Below, piece by piece: positions 38,048-46,801 of a stretch of 64,000 bases of DNA. Under the pieces are notes generated by a model that ran no database searches, was not told the origin of the DNA, and was given only the letters and a program-made list of their open reading frames with translations. Each line of letters opens with the position of its first letter. Position 1 is the stretch's first letter. Location of the stretch: NCBI GenBank assembly GCA_026413765.1, contig JAOAKI010000004.1, forward strand, positions 97,513 through 161,512. Reading direction: 5' to 3'. Origin of the DNA: Candidatus Micrarchaeota archaeon (lineage in GTDB: Archaea > Micrarchaeota > Micrarchaeia > Anstonellales > Anstonellaceae). The translations under genes and the position numbers were made by a program.

Positions 38048-38893
38048 ATGTCCATATGGAGCGAAACTATGCATTTAGTTGTTGTGGATCCTGGGCATGG
38101 AGGGAAAGACCCCGGAGCGGTGAGAGGAAAGGCAAAGGAAGCCGCTTTAGTCAGGCTAATTTCTTTCAAGCTGATGGATAAGCTGTATAGAGAAGGAAAA
38201 GTAAAAGCAAGAACGAGCTTTGATTTATGCGGAAAAGACATCTTAAATGACACATGGCCAGCCAAACAACGCAGGATAGAACTATCAGAGCATAGTAAGA
38301 AAGTCGAGCAGATAGACTATATTTTCAGCATACATTTGAATTCATCAACTATTCCGTCTGATTCTGGACTTATAGTCTGCTATAACAAAAACAGAAATGA
38401 CGCTGAAATGTTTTATCAAAAAGTTATTGGTCACCTTGAAAGCATTGGCATTGATTTGCGCGGAAACAGAAAGCTTCCATTGGTCAAAAGGCCAGATTTG
38501 GCTATTCTTAAAGCCTCTTTATCCAGGATTCTTATGGATGGGCTGGGAAGCCAAAATGCATTTGAAGAGGTAGCAAAGAAAATTGATACATTTATGAAGG
38601 AACTTTCAAAAAAGGCAGACACTGATATTCCAAACCTCATCAAATCTACTCTATTCCCAGCTTCCTTACCGAATGCTCAGATTTTGTATGATATAGAAAA
38701 CCATCTGAATTTGGCTCTTGGCGAAAGCTATGAAACAATGCTTGTTTCTGGAAGCAACAAAAAGCAAATTTCAGCCTTGCTTGTTGAAGTCGGTTTCATC
38801 AGCAACCCAACCGACCTGAAAGTTATAACAGAAAAACCAACCGCAATCGCGGAGGCTATTGGAGAAGGCATTTATAAAGTTGTCCTCAGGTGA
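38048..38893 (+). CDS. N-acetylmuramoyl-L-alanine amidase family protein (Amidase_3/AmiC-like), a bacterial-type cell-wall hydrolase fold
   Basis: Signature VVVDPGHGGKDPGA at the N-terminus, then the conserved Glu and His zinc-ligand spacing of Amidase_3. A C-terminal region of about 100 aa is of unknown function. An alternative ATG is at 38069. Confidence 0.7.
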   Translation: MSIWSETMHLVVVDPGHGGKDPGAVRGKAKEAALVRLISFKLMDKLYREGKVKARTSFDLCGKDILNDTWPAKQRRIELSEHSKKVEQIDYIFSIHLNSSTIPSDSGLIVCYNKNRNDAEMFYQKVIGHLESIGIDLRGNRKLPLVKRPDLAILKASLSRILMDGLGSQNAFEEVAKKIDTFMKELSKKADTDIPNLIKSTLFPASLPNAQILYDIENHLNLALGESYETMLVSGSNKKQISALLVEVGFISNPTDLKVITEKPTAIAEAIGEGIYKVVLR

Positions 38894-39057
38894 CATGGAT
38901 TTTGATTAACGTCCCAAGCTTTCCTACTGGCAAGCTCGCAACATTTATCTTCATAAAATCACCTTAGCGGAATTGCTGGCTTTTTTGCGAGCTTTTTAAA
39001 TTTCACAAGCAGTGCATGCCGCTCAAAAATGCAACAACTAACAAAGAAAGCAGATTG

Positions 39058-39948
39058 CTAGGCAGACTCGTTGATTTTTTTGATCAAATCCATAGCAAGT
39101 TTTTCGGCTTCTTCCTTTCTTACTTTTGCTCCGCCAACTGCAAAATGTCCCCCTCCGCCCATCTCTTTCATGGCTTTGCCTATGTTGAAGTTGCTTTTGG
39201 CTCCATAAACATTGTGACCAGCCGATATTTTGATATGCACCCCATCTTCTTCGCCGGGCAAAAGCCGAACGCTTGCCAGAACATCTGGAAAAAGTGAATA
39301 GATGAAATAGTTATTCCCACGCGGAATGTTTTCAACCTGCCTCAAATCTGAATAGGCGACTTTGCCAATTATCTTAGTGTTATTCAGCAGGATGTCTTTC
39401 AGAATCTCAAGGTCTGAAAAAACCTTCTGGCTTCTTTTTGCAACCCTTTCATCTGACAAAATAGAGTGTATGTCTGGGTTCTTTCTTATCAACTCAATCA
39501 CGTGCCTTCGATAATCGTCATCTTCTTTCTTTGGGGCGCTTGTTTCAAGCGTATTTGACAAAAGGAACCACCCTTTAGGATTTTTTGCTTCATCCAAAGG
39601 AACTTGCCCAGAATCGATTTTGTTTACTTCCGACAATAGTTCTTTGTATTTGTCCAAATATGGATTATCTGCCCAATCATAGATGACTTGAGCACAAGAT
39701 GGCGCAATTTTCCAAAGACCTGCAAATTTTGTGCCTTCTTTTGGTTTGTTGCTTTCGTGATGGTCAAACCACATGCCACAGCGCTTGTCATAAGGCAGGT
39801 CTGCCAAAATATCAAATTTGGTGATCTGGACTCGGCCCGATTGGATATTTGCCGGGTCTATAAAGAGAATTTCATCTATCTCTTCAACTTCGACTAGGAA
39901 AACAGCTGAGACAACCCCGTCAAAATCAGTATGTGTGTACAGCCGCAC
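39058..39948 (-). CDS. DHH/DHHA1 family phosphoesterase (NrnA-like nanoRNase or pAp phosphatase)
   Basis: DHH motif I HTDFDGVVSA near the N-terminus, DHH motif (FDHH) and DHHA1 GGGH. GTG start at 39948. Confidence 0.8.
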   Translation of the reverse strand: MRLYTHTDFDGVVSAVFLVEVEEIDEILFIDPANIQSGRVQITKFDILADLPYDKRCGMWFDHHESNKPKEGTKFAGLWKIAPSCAQVIYDWADNPYLDKYKELLSEVNKIDSGQVPLDEAKNPKGWFLLSNTLETSAPKKEDDDYRRHVIELIRKNPDIHSILSDERVAKRSQKVFSDLEILKDILLNNTKIIGKVAYSDLRQVENIPRGNNYFIYSLFPDVLASVRLLPGEEDGVHIKISAGHNVYGAKSNFNIGKAMKEMGGGGHFAVGGAKVRKEEAEKLAMDLIKKINESA

Positions 39949-39951
39949 GCA

Positions 39952-40599
39952 TCACCACCAATTCATAAGAGTTTCTTTTATTTGGCTCTGGATTTGAGGC
40001 GGCACGACATTTGGTCCTCTTGCTTCAAACCAATTGATTCTTCTTATTGGAGATATGCCGCAAAATTCGAGCGTGCCCTTATCAACCATATTCTCAACAG
40101 CCCTGCCAAACAGATTATAGCCTGCCTTATTTCCGCCAAAAGTGTTGACAATTAATGCTTTTTTGCCGATCAACTTCTTTTCTACAGGCAACCTTCTTAC
40201 TATAAAAGGGTATAAAGGCTTCTGCAGGCAAAGCCATTCTATTACACCTTCTGCAAACTTTGGAAAACGCGGCTGCCGCTTGAAATTATATGCAAATCCT
40301 GATGTAAAAACGCGGTCAAAAAACCCTTTAAGGATGGCAGGCGGACCGTACCACCAGATTGGAAAAATAAAAATGAGTATATCTGCTTGCATTATCTTAT
40401 TTTGGTATTTTTTGATGTCAGAGCTTATTTTTTCTTCACTGTATTCTTCCAAAGTCAGCAATGGAGAAAAACCTTCTTTGTAAAGATCGATTATGTCAAG
40501 CTTTTTTCCTGCCTCTTTGTATAGATCCTGCACAAAACTGAGCACTGCCGCATTATGGCTATTTTTAGGATCTGGATGCGAATAGATGACAATGTCCAA
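39952..40599 (-). CDS. Flavodoxin-like NAD(P)H:quinone oxidoreductase / NAD(P)H-dependent FMN reductase (Flavodoxin_2 family)
   Basis: LDIVIYSHPDPKNSHNAAV and a W/Y-rich FMN-binding loop (IFPIWWYGPPAILKGFFDRV). The probable start is a TTG at 40599, preceded by a strong AGGGGTGG SD. The track ORF extends to the ATG at 40641. Confidence 0.72.
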   Translation of the reverse strand: MDIVIYSHPDPKNSHNAAVLSFVQDLYKEAGKKLDIIDLYKEGFSPLLTLEEYSEEKISSDIKKYQNKIMQADILIFIFPIWWYGPPAILKGFFDRVFTSGFAYNFKRQPRFPKFAEGVIEWLCLQKPLYPFIVRRLPVEKKLIGKKALIVNTFGGNKAGYNLFGRAVENMVDKGTLEFCGISPIRRINWFEARGPNVVPPQIQSQIKETLMNWW

Positions 40600-40658
40600 A
40601 CTACCACCCCTATAAATGAGTAGTGTTTGTTTTAAAACCATTCTTCTTCTTAAGTCGC

Positions 40659-41549
40659 ATGAATTTTTTTGAAAGGCTTTTCATTGCGATACGCCTTCCA
40701 TTCATGGTTGCAAGCATGTTGCCTGCCTTTGCTGCTGCTGCGTTGGCGTTCTATGATGGAGGCTTTAGCTTGCCTGTGTTTTTGGCTATCGCAATTGCCA
40801 TATTTTTTTCTCATGCAGCAACAAACCTGGCAAACGACTATTTTGATTTCAAAGAGGGCAATTACCCGCCTAAAAAAACTGGGCCAACAGGCGGAAGCTT
40901 TGCAATACAAAATAAGCTGTTCAGCCCGCAGCAAATAATCGCGATGGCAGCGCTATTTTTTGCATTTTCGATTGTGCTTTTTTATGCAGTGTCCACATTT
41001 ACCGGATATAAAGAACTATTTCTGCTTGGCTTGGCAGGCAACTTTATAGGAATTGCATATAGTATGCCGCCTTTTAAATTAAGCTACAGAAATCTGGGAG
41101 AAATTGCGACATTTTTAGGAATGGGCCCAATTTTAGTTTCTACTGTCTATCTTTCGCAAACTGGCACAATAACTCTTGGCGCGCTCATGCTTTCGATATT
41201 TTTTGGCCTTCTTGTTTCCAATATTCTTCTTGCTGCTCAAATTCCTGATATTGAAATTGACAAAAAAACAAAAAAGAACACAATTGCATCTGTTTGGGGC
41301 GAGAAAGTTTTGGCGCAAAGCTTTCTTTTCTCTGCTTTTCTTGGAGCATTTGCTTTGCTTATTTCAGTACTTTACAATATTTTACCAGCTGGCAGCCTCT
41401 TAGGTGTGCTCAGCACTATTGCATCAGTAGAAGCAGTTAAAAAGATGACTTCTAAAAAGCATATCGGAGCGATACAAGATTCGCTTCTTGCTTTGCAGAT
41501 TGGCAGCATTCTTGTTGTAATAGGAATACTAACGGGGGTGATATGGTGA
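40659..41549 (+). CDS. UbiA-family prenyltransferase, MenA-like (1,4-dihydroxy-2-naphthoate polyprenyltransferase-like)
   Basis: NDYFDFKEG matches the UbiA/MenA Asp-rich motif. It has 8-9 TM helices. The ATG at 40659 is preferred over the GTG-initiated track start at 40623. Confidence 0.78.
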   Translation: MNFFERLFIAIRLPFMVASMLPAFAAAALAFYDGGFSLPVFLAIAIAIFFSHAATNLANDYFDFKEGNYPPKKTGPTGGSFAIQNKLFSPQQIIAMAALFFAFSIVLFYAVSTFTGYKELFLLGLAGNFIGIAYSMPPFKLSYRNLGEIATFLGMGPILVSTVYLSQTGTITLGALMLSIFFGLLVSNILLAAQIPDIEIDKKTKKNTIASVWGEKVLAQSFLFSAFLGAFALLISVLYNILPAGSLLGVLSTIASVEAVKKMTSKKHIGAIQDSLLALQIGSILVVIGILTGVIW

Positions 41550-41962
41550 AAAAAGTAGAATATACAAAAGAAGATTGGGGGTTGCTGGCATTAAGATTGA
41601 TTTTTGTAGCATTCATGCTGCATGGAATCCAAAAATTTACTTCTCTTGATGGAACTGCACAATTTTTTGAGAAAATCGGAATACCTGCTCCGTATATCAT
41701 GGCTCCGATTGTTGCTTTTGTTGAAACGTTTGGCAGCCTTGCGATAATTTTGGGGATTGGCACATCAATTGCAGCGCCTTTGCTTGCATTCGTAATGTTT
41801 GTTGCAATCTTGACTGCTCATTTAGGAAGCATGTTGGCCAAAGGTTTTCCTTTTGGCCTTCTGGGAGGAGAATTGCCATTGGCAAACATGCTTGCATCAA
41901 TAGCAATCATGTTGCTTGGACCAGGAAAAATAAGCTTGGAAGAGCAATTAAAGAAAAAGTAA
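41543..41962 (+). CDS. DoxX-family membrane protein
   Basis: 139 aa with four TM helices in the DoxX pattern. GGGGGTGA SD. It overlaps the prenyltransferase stop. Confidence 0.8.
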   Translation: MVKKVEYTKEDWGLLALRLIFVAFMLHGIQKFTSLDGTAQFFEKIGIPAPYIMAPIVAFVETFGSLAIILGIGTSIAAPLLAFVMFVAILTAHLGSMLAKGFPFGLLGGELPLANMLASIAIMLLGPGKISLEEQLKKK

Positions 41963-42616
41963 ACTCTCAATTTTAGTCTTTTTTCTTTTTTTTAGCATTT
42001 TTGGCCTATTTATGAAATAAAGAGTATAAAACTAAAATAAATTTAGAATTACTAACATATATTTTGAAAAATTTGGATCTGCCATTTTTTGATGAAAACG
42101 AAGAAAGAAAAATCCAAAACTTTGCCAAATTCTTAAAATAACTTGAATTTTCAATGAACAGCAGTTAATCTAAAAGCAAAAAAATACCATATAAGAAAAC
42201 TGCAAAAATAATTTTAAAACTGATAAAGTAAACCATATATGAAAGAGTTTATGCAACTTTTTTTCTCTGGTTTCTCGTCACAATATTTATTGACATTTTT
42301 TGATGCAACAGGCTTGCTTGTGAGCAAAAACTTGGCAAAAAAATGGAAATAGCATAATTTTTTGCACTTTTGGTATACCAAAATGAGATTATTAACTAGA
42401 TTGGTATACTAATAAGATGTTAAAATATTTTAACATAATTTAAGATGATTTGTTTTGATTGAAAAGAAATAGCACGTGGTTAACTTGGATTCTACAATTT
42501 CTTACAGTCAATCAAGAACATTAAAGCAAAAAAAGCGAATAATTTTTAGGAAACAAATATTCTTAGTATCTTTTAGTTTTGCTAATATATTTTTAGAAAA
42601 TTTAGGATATATTAAG
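41963..42616. other. 650-bp AT-rich gene-free spacer between convergent genes. It contains the perfect palindrome TGGTATACCA (42371-42380) and a second TGGTATAC copy (42402-42409).
   Basis: No ORF of 60 aa or more on either strand. Composition is far below the window average. Repeats were read directly. Confidence 0.5.
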
Positions 42617-43228
42617 CTAGCGCCCATCAATGTCTTTATTGGCACTATATGTAAGCAAAGGACCATATTTTCTAGAACTGATTAAATAATAATCAAATAC
42701 AAGGCTTATTGCATGAACAGCATGAAAAACTACATGTGCTTCTTGTGTATCTTTAAAATCTGCAATTGAGGCCGCCTCAATTAAAATTTTATTTAGTCTC
42801 TGCCTGAATTCAAGCAGAAAATTTTCAACTTCATGATTCTCATAGCTTGAAAATGAAGGAAAAGCAGGCAGGCGGTTTTTTGAGCTTTCTATAAATGAAT
42901 TGAATCTGTTTCCATAAAATGGAAAGCCAGGCAAGCTTGCTATTTTTATCATATAATATGCAAAATCTGTGACTTCTTTTTGGGCAGGGATGGGAATGCC
43001 TGAATTCTGAATGGATTTGATGATAGCAAAAACTACTTTTTTGTATATCTGGGTAAACTGCTTGCGATTGTTGCATAGGTGCTGCTTTTCTTCCAACTTC
43101 AAATCTATATTCAAATTCTTATCAATGAGCGGCTGCTTGTTTCTTACTACTGCCAAATCAACTTTGTATATGCGTTGCAGTTTTATGGCTTGAATGTTTG
43201 CAAACCTAAAAATTACATGGCTATCCAT
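42617..43228 (-). CDS. Hypothetical protein with a low-GC coding sequence
   Basis: 203 aa, ATG start, K/N/I/F/Y-rich. No recognisable motif. It lies 3 nt downstream of the preceding gene, so it is probably co-transcribed. Confidence 0.45.
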   Translation of the reverse strand: MDSHVIFRFANIQAIKLQRIYKVDLAVVRNKQPLIDKNLNIDLKLEEKQHLCNNRKQFTQIYKKVVFAIIKSIQNSGIPIPAQKEVTDFAYYMIKIASLPGFPFYGNRFNSFIESSKNRLPAFPSFSSYENHEVENFLLEFRQRLNKILIEAASIADFKDTQEAHVVFHAVHAISLVFDYYLISSRKYGPLLTYSANKDIDGR

Positions 43229-43231
43229 AAT

Positions 43232-44359
43232 TTAACCCTCCTTAATGAAATGTTTCAAATCTGCAAGCAGCAGTTTTCTTAGCAAAACTGGGTCAGAAGT
43301 GAACAATGGCTTGATCGTCTCTGCTGCTTTTTTGTAGCCGTGCATATAAAGCCAATTTGAAAAGTCATCTCGCGAAGCATGCGCAATTAAGGATGCATCG
43401 TCAATTTTTTCTATATATTCACACAATTCAGCTAGGTTTTTTGCCCTTCCAATTTCTATCCCAGAAGGGGTTCTGAAAATGAAATCCCCAAAACCAAAAA
43501 AATCGCGCAAAATGTCCCCCACTTTCTTGAAAAGGAGAGGATCGGACTTGCTGATGACGAATCCGATGTGTTTTTCGCTGGCTTTCTGCAACTTTTCTTG
43601 CGCACCAGACTGGAAAATTATCGGAACTGTTTTGTTGTATGCCCTAAGCATTTTGGCAAGCTCGAAACTAAGTTCGATATTGCGGAGCCCCAAAATTGCT
43701 CCTGCAAACCTGTTCTTGCCTTCAATAATGAATTTTTCTGCTTCAGAGTATTCTCTGGCAAGAAGAATATGTGCCCTTTTTTCGTTGAGCTTGAAAAGTT
43801 CAACCAGATAACCGGAGTAATAGTTTGGTTTGCTCTCAAAAATCAGAATAAGCCTTTCATTGTCCAACTTATAGTTTAGTTTACTTTCGTGCAATTCAAC
43901 CATCGCAGGAAAAATCTCTGCCTGGCCGGTATATTGGAAAACATAATCAATTTTTGGAATAACGACATTAGGGTCAAACCCCCTATCCTTGACGAACTCT
44001 GCAAACTTTTCTAGGCTGCCACAGCAATAGAGATTGCTTGTGATGAGGGCGAAGGCTGCATTGGAATACTCTTTGACATCAATTGCGATTTGTTCGCCTT
44101 TGTATGGGCGGTCATCCCCAATATCGCTAATGACTATTGTGCGCCCGTCTGCGCCCCTGATTTTTTCGATTAACTCAGGCAAGACTTCTTCCCTTGTGCG
44201 CTTCTGAGTTGTCCCGCTTTTTACTGTCAAGATGCTTTCAACTTGGATTTTTCTCCACAGGATTGATTCCAATTCGGCGCGTATTTTCTGGGTCTCCCTA
44301 AGCGGCCCAATAACTACTGCCTTCTGGACCTGTATAACATTTGAGACATTATTTTGCAT
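43232..44359 (-). CDS. Hypothetical 375-aa protein
   Basis: ATG start and soluble. No motif I can name. It is divergent from the PPDK_N-domain gene. Confidence 0.5.
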   Translation of the reverse strand: MQNNVSNVIQVQKAVVIGPLRETQKIRAELESILWRKIQVESILTVKSGTTQKRTREEVLPELIEKIRGADGRTIVISDIGDDRPYKGEQIAIDVKEYSNAAFALITSNLYCCGSLEKFAEFVKDRGFDPNVVIPKIDYVFQYTGQAEIFPAMVELHESKLNYKLDNERLILIFESKPNYYSGYLVELFKLNEKRAHILLAREYSEAEKFIIEGKNRFAGAILGLRNIELSFELAKMLRAYNKTVPIIFQSGAQEKLQKASEKHIGFVISKSDPLLFKKVGDILRDFFGFGDFIFRTPSGIEIGRAKNLAELCEYIEKIDDASLIAHASRDDFSNWLYMHGYKKAAETIKPLFTSDPVLLRKLLLADLKHFIKEG

Positions 44360-44376
44360 AACCTCACTTTGAGATT

Positions 44377-44390
44377 GTTATAAAATATAT
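44377..44390 (+). promoter_or_regulatory. TATA-box-like TTATAAAATATATA upstream of the PPDK_N-domain gene
   Basis: Read directly. It is positioned about 40 nt before the ATG at 44430. Confidence 0.35.
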
Positions 44391-44429
44391 ACGAAAGTGA
44401 TTAAATACTTTTTGAACAATATTCAGCCA

Positions 44430-46223
44430 ATGATTTTGGTCCGTTTCAAGGATTATCCGCACAAGATTGTCAATGAAATAAAAAGCAGTGTAAGAGTGCC
44501 TGCGTTTAACTATTATTTTGGCGGCCGCGAAGGCGGAAAAGTCGCGGGCCTAAAGGATTTTGCAGCAGCATTGGAAGGAAACCAGCATCGTCTTGAGAAA
44601 GAATTTGACCGGAATGTCTACTTTGCATGCCCAAAAACATCTGTCCTTCAGACAAGCTTATTTGAATCATACATGGACAAAAACGACTTGTGGAAAGAAG
44701 TCGAAAAGCGATTGCCGGAAAAAGAGCTTGAAGCAAAATTCCTGCGCGGCAGTTTCACAGACAAAGAACGGGAGACATTAAAATTCATACTAAACGACCT
44801 GAATAGCGGGCACATCCGCCCGATTGTGGTTCGGTCTTCTAGCCTAAATGAGGATGCGGAGCGTGCCTCGTTTGCAGGAATCTACCGGTCAGTGTTGCTT
44901 CCAAATTGCCATCCAGACGATGAAGTAAGATTAAGGCAATTTGAAACTGCAATAAAGCTTGTCTTTGCAAGTGTATTTTCGGATGCTGCCATAAAGTATA
45001 GACAGCGAAAAAACATACCTGAAGGCAGCGAACGCATGGCAATAGCCCTGCAGAATATGGTGGGGCGGCTATGGAAGCTTAAAGATGGCTCGCCGATTTA
45101 CCATCCAGAGCTTTCATTTGCGGCTTTTTCATACAATGATTACCCAATTGGCGGCGCCAGCCCGAAAGAGGGAGTGGCACGAATTGCATTTGGATTGGGA
45201 GAAGGTGTTGTCGAAAATGATGCTCAAACTGCAGTGAAAGTTCAGCTTGGAAGGCCGCTTACGATATATGAAATGTATGATGCCAAGCAAGCTGCAAAAG
45301 TTGCTCCGCGCTACTTTTATGCCCTTGAATTTAAAGCTGATGAAAAAATGCCAGCTAAAGAGGACAGCTACCTGTTGAAACTTCCTATTGAAAAGCATGA
45401 AAATGAAGACATGATTTCACGGCATCGGATGTTTTACTATGAAGATGGCTTTCATTACTATCCTCCAAGAGAGAATTCTTTTGCAATTGGGCTTTTTACT
45501 TTCACAAATGTCATCAAAGGCAAATTTGGAAATAATTTGATAAAGGTAATTGCATTCCTAAACCGGCTCTTGCAGGAATATTTCGGGGTTTATGTGGACT
45601 TTGAAGGTGCGGTTGACTTCATCAAACGGCCAGACGGCAATGTTGCAACTGTCATTTATGTGCTGCAGGCCCGCCCACAAGTAAGAGGCGATCTTGCAAG
45701 AGTTAAGAAATTGCCGACGATAGATGAAAGCAAGGTATTGATGAAGTTGCAAGGCGTGATTGGAAAAGGGAGGCAGGAATTTGGACACTTAATTTTGGTA
45801 AAACGAGAAGAGTTCAACCATAAAACATCTTACAAGCTCGGACAAATAATAAGGGAGATGAATAGCTCTCTTTCTTTACTTGAAGAAGAAGGCAAATATC
45901 TGCTTGTTGTGCCGGGCAGGATTGGCTCGCGCGACCCATCGCTTGGTATACAATGCGATTTTTCACACATAAACCATGCGGTTGGAATCATAGAACTGAT
46001 AGAAGGAGATTGGGTCCCATCACAAGGAACACACATGTTTGAGGCAATCGTTGGGGCGGGCATGACGCTGGGACATTACCGAACAGAAAAATTTGACGCC
46101 GGAAAATTGGAGAAATTTGGAGAATTAGTGCATGAGAAAGAAGGCGTGCTGCACTATGTGTTTGGCAAGCCCATGAATCTCACAGTTGACGAAGATGGAA
46201 ATGGGATAATATATCAATCTTAA
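44430..46223 (+). CDS. PEP-utilising-enzyme N-terminal (PPDK_N / pyruvate-phosphate-dikinase ATP-grasp) domain protein. It lacks the phospho-His swivel and PEP-binding domains.
   Basis: RPIVVRSSSLNEDAERASFAGIYRSVLL matches the PPDK_N nucleotide-binding signature (VAVRSSATAEDLPxASFAGQ). The domain end VIYVLQARP matches LQSRPiT. The C-terminal 150 aa are unassigned. The track start at 44397 is a GTG. The ATG is at 44430. Confidence 0.72.
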   Translation: MILVRFKDYPHKIVNEIKSSVRVPAFNYYFGGREGGKVAGLKDFAAALEGNQHRLEKEFDRNVYFACPKTSVLQTSLFESYMDKNDLWKEVEKRLPEKELEAKFLRGSFTDKERETLKFILNDLNSGHIRPIVVRSSSLNEDAERASFAGIYRSVLLPNCHPDDEVRLRQFETAIKLVFASVFSDAAIKYRQRKNIPEGSERMAIALQNMVGRLWKLKDGSPIYHPELSFAAFSYNDYPIGGASPKEGVARIAFGLGEGVVENDAQTAVKVQLGRPLTIYEMYDAKQAAKVAPRYFYALEFKADEKMPAKEDSYLLKLPIEKHENEDMISRHRMFYYEDGFHYYPPRENSFAIGLFTFTNVIKGKFGNNLIKVIAFLNRLLQEYFGVYVDFEGAVDFIKRPDGNVATVIYVLQARPQVRGDLARVKKLPTIDESKVLMKLQGVIGKGRQEFGHLILVKREEFNHKTSYKLGQIIREMNSSLSLLEEEGKYLLVVPGRIGSRDPSLGIQCDFSHINHAVGIIELIEGDWVPSQGTHMFEAIVGAGMTLGHYRTEKFDAGKLEKFGELVHEKEGVLHYVFGKPMNLTVDEDGNGIIYQS

Positions 46224-46249
46224 TTGTTTTCTGCCATTAATTTTGTTTT

Positions 46250-46801
46250 ATGAGGGTAATATTGGCAAGCAGGTCGGCAAGAAGAAAGCGGCTGTTAAAA
46301 AAGTTGTTCAAAAAATTTTTGGTGGTTCCAGCGGATATAGACGAAAAAATCAAAAATTGTGAAAATCCAATCCAAGCAGCAAAAAGATTGGCGTTTCTAA
46401 AAGCAAAAAAAGTCGCAAAAAAGTACAAAAGCGCCATTGTAATAGGGGCAGACACCGTCGTATACGTGGGTAAAAAAATCTATGGAAAGGCAAAAACCAA
46501 ACAAGAGGCCAGAAAAATGCTCATTGAGCTCAGCAGAAGGGCACATGACGTGGCCACAGGCGTTGCAATCTTTTATCCTGGAAAGAAAGCAAAGGTTTTT
46601 GTTTCGAAAGCAAAAGTAAAGCTAAATTTTGCAAATGATAAATTGCTTGAAGAGTACCTTCGAACAAATGAATGGAAAGGAAGAGCCGGCTGCTATGATA
46701 TCTCAGGGGCTGCAAGAAATTTTGCTGCCTTGGTCAGCGGCGAAAAAGAGACAGTAATTGGTCTCCCATTAAGAAAGCTGAGGACGTTTCTCAAGACCTA
46801 A
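46250..46801 (+). CDS. maf: Maf-like nucleoside-triphosphate pyrophosphatase
   Basis: ILASRSARRKRLL N-terminus, GADTVV and other Maf/Ham1 motifs. Confidence 0.82.
   Translation: MRVILASRSARRKRLLKKLFKKFLVVPADIDEKIKNCENPIQAAKRLAFLKAKKVAKKYKSAIVIGADTVVYVGKKIYGKAKTKQEARKMLIELSRRAHDVATGVAIFYPGKKAKVFVSKAKVKLNFANDKLLEEYLRTNEWKGRAGCYDISGAARNFAALVSGEKETVIGLPLRKLRTFLKT

Noticed and set aside
42476-42685. A 69-aa ORF at the edge of the AT-rich spacer.
   Set aside because: Low-complexity AT-rich translation with no RBS. It overlaps the 3' end of the minus-strand gene. It is more likely non-coding.
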